Shown here: in pieces, positions 41,950 through 50,729 of the stretch
Layout: every line of letters starts with the position of its first letter
Numbering within the stretch: position 1 is the stretch's first letter
Assembly (NCBI GenBank): GCA_964414415.1
Contig: CAYPWJ010000001.1
Coordinates: 138,701 to 202,700, forward strand
Direction of reading: 5' to 3'
Source: an uncultured Thermoplasmatales archaeon
Lineage (GTDB): Archaea > Thermoplasmatota > E2 > UBA202 > DSCA01
DNA: 64,000 nt
Position numbers and translations under genes: made by a program
Notes under the pieces: generated by a model
Seen by the model: the letters and a program-made list of their open reading frames with translations, nothing else
Databases searched by the model: none
What the model was told of the DNA's origin: nothing

Positions 41950-42147
41950 TTAGCTCCGTTTTCTTTTCGTTGTGAAGTATAACAGCATTACCCCGATAGC
42001 ACCGAATAGAGAGAGCACTTCGAAACCAGGCATTCCACCATTTCCTCCATTCCCTGTACCATCTGTGCCATCGTCTCCTCCGCCCGTGGCGTCATCATCT
42101 GTATCTTCATCACCTGCTACTAAAACACTTCTTCGTATCATACTCAT
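41950..42147 (-). CDS. Mini protein or remnant consisting only of acidic/Gly linker plus PGF-CTERM sorting signal
   Basis: GDEDTDDDATGGGDDG...MPGFE + TM + KRKRS; no signal peptide. Confidence 0.5.
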   Translation of the reverse strand: MSMIRRSVLVAGDEDTDDDATGGGDDGTDGTGNGGNGGMPGFEVLSLFGAIGVMLLYFTTKRKRS

Positions 42148-42391
42148 GTTTTCCTGTCTCCTCTCCGCACAAAAGAAGTAACCGTTTATAATTTTTAGGA
42201 TTTTTGCCTCATCTCGAACCGCTTCGAAACGATTTAACAAGCCATGGCGCTGGCTTCCACCTAGTTCAACGGCAGCTGACGTTCAACTATGATACTCGGA
42301 AGGCATTGTTAATATGGAGAAGCTCTATCAGACAGCCTGTGACACAGATAGGACCAATGGCCACTAAGGCCCACACGTAATCCGTGGATAC

Positions 42392-43975
42392 CTAGTTGAT
42401 TCCGTCTTTTCTCTTCAGCCATACACCGAGGGCCAGCGCCGTCACCAGCAGTCCCGTCTGTAGACCGGGGATACCTTCCCCTCCATCGTCGTCTTCTCCT
42501 GCACGTGTTTGTTCGCTTACCACGTTTGACATGGGCGAAACATTTGGAATTTCATCTGCTGTCTTCAGAGCGAAATAGTAGGTGGTATCGGCATCCAGGT
42601 CGGACACCGTATAGGTTTCCTTGTCTCCTGGCTGTTGTGGAATCGGCTGCGTGGCTGCTGGTGTAGCATCTGCCCAGCCATCGGCAGTTATCGACGTGGT
42701 GGCGTATCGTAGATCATAGCTGCTTGCAGTCCCCATCTCCATGTTGTCTCCTGGGGCAGTCCAGGTGAGCGTGACCGAGGTATTGGTAGCCTGGGTCGCC
42801 TGAAGGTCGGTTACCTTGCTCGGCCATGTTGCATCAGCGGCTGTATCGAAGAAAATGTTTCCGTCGTCTCTGCTATCCTGCCATACAATGTATGTTTGGG
42901 TGTCAGCACCTACCGCTATAGCAGGATGGCCAGCTGCTTCAGATCCATCGTTTACCTTGAAATTTTCACCAAAAGTTGTTCCTCCATCGGTTGAATTTGC
43001 GAAATAGACTGCGTCTTCGCCGCTGGAGTCATCTTGCCAGATTACAAAGATTTTTCCGCATGGATGAACTGCTATATCGTTAGGATAGCCGCCGGATAAG
43101 GTTGACGCTGAGGTGTGGCTCACATTAACACTTGATTGGAAGGAATCTGCACCATCGGTTGAACGTGTAAATCGTGCCTTTTTCAGATCTCCTTTATCGT
43201 TCCAGTAGGACATATATACTTTATCTGTTCCATATGCTGCGATGGATGGCCCGGACATGCTGTCGCCGTCCTCAACTACAACGCTGGGTCCAAACGTCGA
43301 GGCCTGATCGGTGGATTTAACAACACGTATATTGGAATCACCGAAGCCTAAACCATTATCGTAGGCTACATAAATGGTCTCATCGGAGCCAATAGCGATC
43401 GCTGGATCGCCTGGTCTGTCTTCGGGGCTGTTCACTCTGACATCTGTTCCAAATCCTTCTCCGTTTATGGATCTATCCAGAGATAGGTTTTCCAAGTGTG
43501 AGGCTGTCCATACGATGTACACATTATCTTCATAGGTGGCGATGTCGGGGTTGTCGCCCCCATGGCTGTCGCTTATTATTGTTGGATCGCTGAAGGTGTT
43601 GCCTCCATCTGTGGATTTTGTATAATAGACGTTGCCTTTATCTGCCACTGTGACATGAATATTGTCGCTGTCATCAACTGCAATAGATGGTACATATCCA
43701 TCGCTGATGTCTATGGGGTCGCTGAAGGTTTCTCCGCCGTCGGTAGACGTAGCAAAGGTTACTGCGTTCCAGGCTAGATATATGTTATCGGAGCTATCTA
43801 GTGCTATATCTGGTTTTCTTCCATACCCTGGACTGGCATGTGTGTCTGTTCCAAAGTCTTCTGCCCTCGCGTTGTGAACGTCACCGCAGAGGGTGTACAT
43901 CACGCCGATCAGCATCACAAGAACCATCACAGTTAGTACTTGTCTCTTATGGATAACTCTTTTAATTTTTTTCAC
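42392..43975 (-). CDS. Secreted Asp-box (BNR) beta-propeller + FN3 surface protein with PGF-CTERM-like anchor
   Basis: Signal peptide; repeated S.DGG.TF Asp-boxes; LTWTAPGD...YDLRY...YYFALK FN3; IPGL + TM + KRK. Confidence 0.85.
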   Translation of the reverse strand: MKKIKRVIHKRQVLTVMVLVMLIGVMYTLCGDVHNARAEDFGTDTHASPGYGRKPDIALDSSDNIYLAWNAVTFATSTDGGETFSDPIDISDGYVPSIAVDDSDNIHVTVADKGNVYYTKSTDGGNTFSDPTIISDSHGGDNPDIATYEDNVYIVWTASHLENLSLDRSINGEGFGTDVRVNSPEDRPGDPAIAIGSDETIYVAYDNGLGFGDSNIRVVKSTDQASTFGPSVVVEDGDSMSGPSIAAYGTDKVYMSYWNDKGDLKKARFTRSTDGADSFQSSVNVSHTSASTLSGGYPNDIAVHPCGKIFVIWQDDSSGEDAVYFANSTDGGTTFGENFKVNDGSEAAGHPAIAVGADTQTYIVWQDSRDDGNIFFDTAADATWPSKVTDLQATQATNTSVTLTWTAPGDNMEMGTASSYDLRYATTSITADGWADATPAATQPIPQQPGDKETYTVSDLDADTTYYFALKTADEIPNVSPMSNVVSEQTRAGEDDDGGEGIPGLQTGLLVTALALGVWLKRKDGIN

Positions 43976-44051
43976 CTATTTCTGGATAATAGATATGTCG
44001 AGGTTTTAAATACATTGCGAGCTGCTGGTTTATCGTCAGAGAAAAAGGTGC

Positions 44052-45041
44052 CTATCCCTCGAAAACAATCTGCTGTTTGTGCTCCAGCTGCATCGTCGGC
44101 GATGCAGCGGGCTCCTCGCGCACGGCCTCGTTGTAGGCTGCTTCCCCGCCTGCCTCCGCCAGCACTTTTTTTCCAGCCGTTATCTGCTGCTGGATGTTTG
44201 CGTTGACTTTCTCTATCGTGCCCGGCGCCACAATATGGGCGAGCTTCAGCAGCAATCCAAGGCCGTAGGGGAACGACTCACGGTGCATCAGCGACCGCGG
44301 CTTCGGGGCAAACCACACCCCGATGGAATCCTCGCCGAACGTCGTGATGGGGATACCTGCAGCGGCCTGCCGCTCAGGCGTCGGCCCGACATCCACGACC
44401 TCCCAAGAACCATCCACGTATACCTCACCCTCGCCGTGCAGCATAAAATAGCCAAGCGCGTCGTACCATTCCTCCATGACCGGGTTGACGATGAAGGTGT
44501 CGCTCCAGGCATCGATCATCTCAGGTGCATAGAGCTTGTACCGGGCCTTGATGCCGGCTGCCCGGCACAGCGCCACGAACACCGATATCTCGTGGAGGCA
44601 TGTACCCGTCCCGCGCTGCAGCGTCGCCGAGACATCGTCCATGGGCAGCATCTCCAGTGTTATCTCCCGCTTTACAAAGTCAAATGCCCGCTCGGCAAAC
44701 GTCCGATCAGGCACCTCAAAGGCGCCCAGCTCGTTGGCCATGGCCACAACCTCGGGAGTGTGCGAGTTGCAGTAGAGCGTGGGACGCAGATATCGTTCAT
44801 CGCGGTCGCAGTACGGCATATCCGCATCGTAGGCGGGAAGCTCATACCGCCGCGGCGGCCGGACGTAGCCCGGGTCGTCGTCATCGCTTTTCCTGAGGGT
44901 CCGGAGTGCCGCAAGGTTCGTGATGGCTACCTTGCCAAGCGATGACAGCCCTTTTACCATGAGCTGCAGATATGTGCTCGATGGCATGTATCCCTTCTTT
45001 TTCATCTCTGCAAGCCCTGTCATGAAGCGTCCCCTGCCCAT
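44052..45041 (-). CDS. Transglutaminase-like (Cys-His-Asp) protein, paralog 1
   Basis: YLRPT, GTCLH...ALCRAAGI.ARY, LHGEGEVYVDG.W..VD. Confidence 0.85.
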   Translation of the reverse strand: MGRGRFMTGLAEMKKKGYMPSSTYLQLMVKGLSSLGKVAITNLAALRTLRKSDDDDPGYVRPPRRYELPAYDADMPYCDRDERYLRPTLYCNSHTPEVVAMANELGAFEVPDRTFAERAFDFVKREITLEMLPMDDVSATLQRGTGTCLHEISVFVALCRAAGIKARYKLYAPEMIDAWSDTFIVNPVMEEWYDALGYFMLHGEGEVYVDGSWEVVDVGPTPERQAAAGIPITTFGEDSIGVWFAPKPRSLMHRESFPYGLGLLLKLAHIVAPGTIEKVNANIQQQITAGKKVLAEAGGEAAYNEAVREEPAASPTMQLEHKQQIVFEG

Positions 45042-45093
45042 CGCTGTGGATGCGTGTAAATGACGGGTGAATTATAAATGTTGTCTCTCTGCC

Positions 45094-45297
45094 TTAATCG
45101 CTCTTTTGGTAGGTGTAGTTTATCTCCCGCTGGATAGACCGATAGAGCTTGGCGCCTTCTTGCAGGACGTGCCGCTCCATGAGCACCTCGAGCGCCTGCT
45201 CACCAACCACCTCCATGAGCTCCTTTATCTCCTCGGGATGGGACTTCGCATATTTCACGATATTTTCCACGCTTTCTTCATCGAGTGTAATTTTCAT
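45094..45297 (-). CDS. Hypothetical small protein
   Basis: GAGGTAA SD before ATG; 67 aa, helical. Confidence 0.55.
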   Translation of the reverse strand: MKITLDEESVENIVKYAKSHPEEIKELMEVVGEQALEVLMERHVLQEGAKLYRSIQREINYTYQKSD

Positions 45298-45353
45298 GGT
45301 CTTACCTCGTGAATGGCAACAGCTTCGGTCTTAAAGCTTTTGTGCCCTCCCGG

Positions 45354-45998
45354 TCACTGCCGTCGTCTGCTGACCGATACCAGCACTGCAGCGAGACCGC
45401 CGAGCACCAGAAGCAACGTGAAGCCGGGAACACCGCCATCTCCGCCGTTTCCCCTGTTGATGTCGGGGGCATATTCCTGCGGAGCCCAGTCCTGCCAGTA
45501 TTCACCGCTTGTCTGCCGGCTGTAGCCGGACGCCGCCCAGCCTTTGAATGACACCCTGCCGTCGCTCCCCAGCAGTTCCACGCTGGCGGTAATCGTGTCA
45601 CCCGTAGCGGAGACGTTGCCGAATCGCACGTCATTGGATCCTCTGGCCATGTGGGTGCCGCTGCCGTTTACGTAGGTCATCGTGTACGTTGCATCGCTGG
45701 TGTTATATTCCGCCCAGTACCATACATCATCAGCCTCCTCGATTTCTCCCTGGACGGTCATCGTCAACATCAGCATGTCTCCGTCGACCATATACGACAG
45801 CTCCGTAATGTCGATGTTAGGCCTGTCGGTCACGGCGTGTGTCCATGCATACCCTTCCATGTTTTCGCTCCATTTCCAGTGGAGCACGTCGTCGGTGTCA
45901 TCGTCAACCGTTGCAGCATCCGCAAGACCAGCGCCGAGCAGTGCCATCACCATCAGTCCACATACAAGCATATATCTCATGTCATCCTCCGGAACCAT
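45354..45998 (-). CDS. Secreted protein with PGF-CTERM archaeosortase signal
   Basis: Signal peptide; D..DDV, PNIDITELS; GNGGDGGVPGF + TM + RRR. Confidence 0.8.
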   Translation of the reverse strand: MVPEDDMRYMLVCGLMVMALLGAGLADAATVDDDTDDVLHWKWSENMEGYAWTHAVTDRPNIDITELSYMVDGDMLMLTMTVQGEIEEADDVWYWAEYNTSDATYTMTYVNGSGTHMARGSNDVRFGNVSATGDTITASVELLGSDGRVSFKGWAASGYSRQTSGEYWQDWAPQEYAPDINRGNGGDGGVPGFTLLLVLGGLAAVLVSVSRRRQ

Positions 45999-46021
45999 AT
46001 CACAATCGGCGTATATATAGA

Positions 46022-47149
46022 TTACATATATCTGGAAATATATCCGGAAAACGGAAGAAGGAAGCGGAGCAACGACGGATGCCGCCTGACGACTTCCTTC
46101 GCCACCCGCACCGGATAATCGATGTCTCCATAGGCAGTGATGGTAGCCGCGATGTCCTCATCTACCGCCTCCACCATCGCGTCCATCTCCCTATCTGAAA
46201 GGCCGACGAAACGCCTGTAAAGCCATCGACTTCGCTTGAGCTCCCCCCCGTAGCGATGCATGAACAGACGGCGGTAGTCGACAGAGCCGTCCTTCATCGC
46301 GTCGGCGAGACAATGAGCAGCCACCAGTCCCGGGTAGAGTCCGCCGCCCGACGTCGCCTTGACCTGGCCGGCTGCATCGCCAATCAATGCAGCGTCAGGC
46401 CGGCAAAACCGCCGGCGCATCCCCGCGGGAATGAGACCGGCCTGAACCTCGTCCTGTTCAACACCCAGGGAGGAAAGCAACCGCCGGAAATAATGCATCA
46501 CCCCGGCCCCGGCGGAGACACCCAATCCCAGCCTCGTCGTGTCGCCAGCGGGGATACGCCAGGCGAAAAAACCCGGTGCAACGTTGCTGCCCACCCATAT
46601 ATCAACCTCGTCTCTTTCCCTCATTCCTCCATCGGCAGAAACGACGGTCTGCAATGTCTGCACATGCCCCCGCGGATCCGGAAAGCGGAGGGCCGAGGCC
46701 GCAAAGCTGCGGACGCCGTCAGCCCCCACCACATACCGACACCGTACGCTGTCCCGCCCGGTGACCATATAGCCGTCATCCGATATATCTAGGCCGGTCG
46801 CCTTCCACGACCGGCGGATGTCGACACCAGCGGCGGCTGCACGCTCAGCGAGCGCCCGGTCAAATGCACGCCGGTCGATGGCAAGGGCGTGCGTCCGATC
46901 GCCACCGATGTGCAGTGTTCCCCCGCCGGGTGCATGGACAACGGCGCCGGTTATCTCCTGGCTGACGACATCGCCGTTCAGCCCTGCAAGGTCGAGTACG
47001 CGCGGCGTCACCAGCCCTGCGCACCGCTCAGGTACACCGATACTGTCATGCTCCTCGAGGACAACGACACGGTAGCCCTGAACAGCGAGCAGTCGGGCCG
47101 CCGTACACCCGACAGGTCCGCCACCGATGACAGCTACATCGCAACACAT
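46022..47149 (-). CDS. Geranylgeranyl reductase family (digeranylgeranylglycerophospholipid reductase-like)
   Basis: GGGPVG, IG.P..CAGL, DR..FD, GADG, PG.FAW.IP, GDAAGQVK..SGGG. Confidence 0.88.
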   Translation of the reverse strand: MCCDVAVIGGGPVGCTAARLLAVQGYRVVVLEEHDSIGVPERCAGLVTPRVLDLAGLNGDVVSQEITGAVVHAPGGGTLHIGGDRTHALAIDRRAFDRALAERAAAAGVDIRRSWKATGLDISDDGYMVTGRDSVRCRYVVGADGVRSFAASALRFPDPRGHVQTLQTVVSADGGMRERDEVDIWVGSNVAPGFFAWRIPAGDTTRLGLGVSAGAGVMHYFRRLLSSLGVEQDEVQAGLIPAGMRRRFCRPDAALIGDAAGQVKATSGGGLYPGLVAAHCLADAMKDGSVDYRRLFMHRYGGELKRSRWLYRRFVGLSDREMDAMVEAVDEDIAATITAYGDIDYPVRVAKEVVRRHPSLLRFLLPFSGYISRYM

Positions 47150-47189
47150 CAGGTTTAAGTATTTGCTCCCTATTTATACCTTCATCGGT

Positions 47190-47456
47190 ATGATACCTCT
47201 GGCGTGCCTGGCGTTTCTCGTCAACAGGAAAAAAACCCGTTCGCTGCTCTCTCGCTTCGTCGTCGACAAGAACGGCAACCGGGTAGGCGAAAGCATCTCT
47301 GTCTACCGGGATCTGCTCATCATCAAGCGAGCGGGCGACTACTACGCGGTGCCGCTCAAACACGTCGATGCATCAGGCGACGAGCTCAGGGTCAAAGGTG
47401 TCGTCCAGTGGGAAAAAGCGGCCGAGATGGCAGAGGAGTGGAAGCAGCGTGTATAA
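47190..47456 (+). CDS. Small PRC/beta-barrel-like conserved archaeal protein
   Basis: RFV.D..G..VGESI....D.LIIK......VPLKH pattern. Confidence 0.6.
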   Translation: MIPLACLAFLVNRKKTRSLLSRFVVDKNGNRVGESISVYRDLLIIKRAGDYYAVPLKHVDASGDELRVKGVVQWEKAAEMAEEWKQRV

Positions 47457-47793
47457 GATGGCCATCGTGACGCCCGAACTGGCCATATCCGAGGGCAAGC
47501 TGGCGGCGCAGGTCGCTCACGCGGCGGTGGAATGCGCACTCAGATTACACAGGAAAAACCCGTCGCTGCTGCAGAAATGGCTCGACGAGGGACAGAAAAA
47601 AGTAGTGCTCGGCATCGGCGACAAGGACATCCACCGCCTCCGGAGCAGGGCCGTGTCGATGGGCCTCTGCACCGCGTTGATCACAGACGCTGGCCGCACA
47701 CAGCTCGAGTCCGGCACCGTCACGGCCCTGGCCATCGGCCCCGCAGCAGAGCGCACGGTGGACAAGATAACCGGGCAGCTTCCCCTGAAATGA
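47449..47793 (+). CDS. pth2: Peptidyl-tRNA hydrolase Pth2
   Basis: YKM.IV, GKLAAQVAHAA, W..EGQKKVVL, DAGRTQL..GT.T.LAIGP. Confidence 0.95.
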   Translation: MYKMAIVTPELAISEGKLAAQVAHAAVECALRLHRKNPSLLQKWLDEGQKKVVLGIGDKDIHRLRSRAVSMGLCTALITDAGRTQLESGTVTALAIGPAAERTVDKITGQLPLK

Positions 47794-48359
47794 AACGAGA
47801 GATTCGCATTCTGGGCGTCGACGACATGCCGTTCACCTTTGACGACGAACGCGTTGGCGTCGTCGGCATCGTCATGCGTGGCAACCATTACATCGAGGGG
47901 GTGCTCCACACCGACATCGCCGTCGACGGCATCGACGCCACCGAGCGGCTCGCTTCGCTCATCTGCTCCTCCAAGCATGCAGGTCAACTCCGCGCCGCCA
48001 TGACAGATGGCGGTGCACTCGGCGGCTTCAACGTTGTCGACGGCCAGCAACTCAACGAAGCGACCGGCATCCCGGTGATGACGGTCACCGCGAACAAGCC
48101 AGATAGCGAGGCGCTCATCACCGCCCTCAAGCAGCATTTCGACGACTGGGAGAGCCGATGGGCCATCCTGCAGAAGGGAGACCTGCACCGGGTGCCGTTG
48201 CGATACCCGCTCTACGTCAAACCATTCGGTCTCACGCTCGACGAGGCAACCGAGATACTCCGGCTCAGTCTGCTCAGGGGAGCGCTCCCCGAGCCGCTGC
48301 GCGTCGCACATCTCGTTGCTACGGGCATCAAGACCGGCGAGTCATACGGCCGGCGGTGA
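47790..48359 (+). CDS. DUF99 family (endonuclease V-like) protein
   Basis: RILGVDD.PF, VDG.DAT, DG..LGGFNVVD, PEPLRVAHL.A. Confidence 0.88.
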   Translation: MKREIRILGVDDMPFTFDDERVGVVGIVMRGNHYIEGVLHTDIAVDGIDATERLASLICSSKHAGQLRAAMTDGGALGGFNVVDGQQLNEATGIPVMTVTANKPDSEALITALKQHFDDWESRWAILQKGDLHRVPLRYPLYVKPFGLTLDEATEILRLSLLRGALPEPLRVAHLVATGIKTGESYGRR

Positions 48360-48395
48360 CCCGAACCGTTATAGCCAGCCCGGCATTGCATCGAC

Positions 48396-48734
48396 ATGCG
48401 CATCTGGGACGTCCCGCCGGGGGAGCTCTGCCGCCTGCATCTGCTCGGTGAACACAGGGAGCTCCACGCCATCTGGAGCATCCTGGTCAACGACAAAAAA
48501 GGATACCGGCGGCATCCCGAGGTGCAACGATGGGAAGGCAAACTGGCGGCGCTCTACCGCCGGCACGTGTCGCTGGTCGAGGAGATGCAGCGGCGGGGAT
48601 ACCGGCATGCCAGCCCGCTGGACGCGTCCGAGGCAACGGGCAGCAGCGAGCAGGACTGCTACGTGGACGGCGACGGATGCCCCGCGAGAAGCCGTGCAGT
48701 TGCCCGCGAAAAATTTAGAAAAAGTATTATATAG
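48396..48734 (+). CDS. Pyrimidine-dimer DNA glycosylase (T4 endonuclease V-like) family
   Basis: MRIWD.PP..LCR.HLLGEHRELH, HPE..RW, RH..LV.EM..RGY.H.SPL. Confidence 0.8.
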   Translation: MRIWDVPPGELCRLHLLGEHRELHAIWSILVNDKKGYRRHPEVQRWEGKLAALYRRHVSLVEEMQRRGYRHASPLDASEATGSSEQDCYVDGDGCPARSRAVAREKFRKSII

Positions 48735-48752
48735 TCATTCCATTGGCTTTCC

Positions 48753-48869
48753 ATGGGATGGGATGAGTCATCGATACAGGAAGTGTCGACACGCATACGT
48801 GATTTTCTGGAAGTCGAGGTCGAGGTCTGCCGTGACTGCAAACAGAGCGTGAAGGGCCCCTTCGACTGA
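48753..48869 (+). CDS. Small CxxC peptide, 38 aa (MGWDESSIQEVSTRIRDFLEVEVEVCRDCKQSVKGPFD)
   Basis: TATTATATA at 48725-48733 suits a leaderless start; fills the intergenic gap; not in ORF track. Confidence 0.45.
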   Translation: MGWDESSIQEVSTRIRDFLEVEVEVCRDCKQSVKGPFD

Positions 48870-48876
48870 CCCGGCG

Positions 48877-49398
48877 TTATCGCTCGAGGGTCTTTCCGTA
48901 GGCGAACAGGTCGCCGGCCTGGTAGATGTCAAGCTGGACCTGCGACATGGGCTCCAGCGTTGCAACCGTGTCGCCGTCCCGTGTGACAGCGCCGCTTTCA
49001 ATGTCGACGGATATGGTATCGCGGTTTTCCAGCTCCTCCGGTAGCTCGCCCGTCAGGACGGGCAGCCCCGAGTTTATCGCGTTGCGCTTGTAGATGACAC
49101 CGAAGCTCTTCGCGACGATGGCCTGAACGCCGAGCGATATGAAGCAGTCGACGGCCTGCTGCCGGCTGCTGCCCGACCCGAAGTTTTCGCCGGCTGCCAC
49201 GATGTCGCCCGGCTCGGCGCGTTCGGCGAAGTCTTCCCAGCCGGTCAGGTTATCCAGCGCATACTGGCCCATCTCGTCGACGTCGGTGATGTGGAGATAC
49301 TGGTTGTGGAATATCATGTCGGTGTCGATGTTGTCGATGAGTTTGCCGCTGTCGTCGCAAAGCATCCATACTCGTCCTGTCAGCGTCGTTGGCTTCAT
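48877..49398 (-). CDS. Isopropylmalate/homoaconitate dehydratase small subunit (LeuD/HacB family)
   Basis: NIDTD.I, GENFGSGSSRQQA, A.SF..IY.RNAIN.GL. Confidence 0.9.
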   Translation of the reverse strand: MKPTTLTGRVWMLCDDSGKLIDNIDTDMIFHNQYLHITDVDEMGQYALDNLTGWEDFAERAEPGDIVAAGENFGSGSSRQQAVDCFISLGVQAIVAKSFGVIYKRNAINSGLPVLTGELPEELENRDTISVDIESGAVTRDGDTVATLEPMSQVQLDIYQAGDLFAYGKTLER

Positions 49399-50642
49399 GC
49401 TGCACCTCCCAGGTAGCCGGTCAGGGCGGCCTTAGCAGCCGTGGCTGGACTGGCAAGGTAGGTCTCACCGGGCCCCTGTTTTCCCTTGAAATTCCGGTTG
49501 GAGGTGGACACCTGCACCTCCTGCCGGCCGGTCATGCCGATCTGGCCGGATGCACAGCCGCCGCAGCCGGGGTTGGATATCAATGCGCCTGCCTCATGCA
49601 GGTCGCGGAGGACGCCGCTTTGCAGCATCCTGTCCCACACTTCTCTGGTGGCGGGGACCACCTTGGCTGTGATGCCATCTGCAAGGTGGTTGCCGCGCAA
49701 CACGTCCGCCGCGGCCTGCATGTCCTCGAAGCGGCCGTTGGTGCAGGATCCGATGAACACGGTGTCGATGGCGACGTCGGACAGCGAAGCGGCAGGCGTT
49801 ACGTTGGCTGGGTTGTACGGTGCCGCTACGAGCGGCTCAAGATCGGAGACGTCTATCTCGATTTCTTCGCTGTACGAGGCATCCTCGTCCGCGTAGACCG
49901 GCTGGACGTCGCCGCCGCTGCGCTCCCGGCAGAACTGCAGCACCTCCTTGCTGGGCGGAATGAAGCCGATGATGCCGCCCATCTCGGTCATCATCGACGA
50001 CAGCGTGATGCGACCGGCAAGATTGAGCTCGTCGATGGCGTCACCCTCGAACTCGACGGCTTTGCCCAGGGCGCCGGTGCTGCCTATCTCGGAGAGCACC
50101 TTCAGGGTCAGGTCCTTGGCGCTCCACTCGCCGTCCGGCATGCCGGTGAAGCGAATTTTCATCGACTCCGGCATCTCGAACCACGTGCGGCCGGTCTTGA
50201 AGGTGAACGCGATGTCCATGTCGCCCATGCCCTGTCCGAAGGCGCCGACGGCGCCGACGATGTTGTAATGGCTGTCCGTTCCAACGGCTGTCACGCCCGG
50301 TGCGATGTGGCCCTGCTCGAGCATCACGTGGGTCCCGATACCTTGGTCGACGTCGTAGACCGGCACGCCGGTGTCGCGGGCGAAGCGCCGGCAGACGTGC
50401 TGGTTGTCTGCATACGCCGGCGTCTTAGCCGGGGCGTTGCAGTCAAACGTGAAAGCGGTCTTTGCAGGATCTGCAACGTAGTCGCCGTCGTAGTGATGCT
50501 TGAGATGTTTGACGACGCTGGCGCCGCCGAAGTCGCGGGCTGTCCTGAGGTCGATGTCGAGCCATATAACGTCTCCCGGTTCCGGTGACACATCGCTGCT
50601 GGTGTGCTGCGCGAATATTTTTTCGAGGATTGTCTTTCCCAT
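49395..50642 (-). CDS. Isopropylmalate/homoaconitate dehydratase large subunit (LeuC/HacA family)
   Basis: G.T..EKI, GTDSH, IGSCTNGR, PGCGGC, STSNRNF.G. Confidence 0.9.
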   Translation of the reverse strand: MGKTILEKIFAQHTSSDVSPEPGDVIWLDIDLRTARDFGGASVVKHLKHHYDGDYVADPAKTAFTFDCNAPAKTPAYADNQHVCRRFARDTGVPVYDVDQGIGTHVMLEQGHIAPGVTAVGTDSHYNIVGAVGAFGQGMGDMDIAFTFKTGRTWFEMPESMKIRFTGMPDGEWSAKDLTLKVLSEIGSTGALGKAVEFEGDAIDELNLAGRITLSSMMTEMGGIIGFIPPSKEVLQFCRERSGGDVQPVYADEDASYSEEIEIDVSDLEPLVAAPYNPANVTPAASLSDVAIDTVFIGSCTNGRFEDMQAAADVLRGNHLADGITAKVVPATREVWDRMLQSGVLRDLHEAGALISNPGCGGCASGQIGMTGRQEVQVSTSNRNFKGKQGPGETYLASPATAAKAALTGYLGGAA

Positions 50643-50729
50643 CAGTGCTGCAATGCCCTGCAGGTATAAAATGCTCACGCCCCGCAGAGGCGGGCAACCT
50701 TTATTAGCTACCAGGTCATCGTGGTGGCG

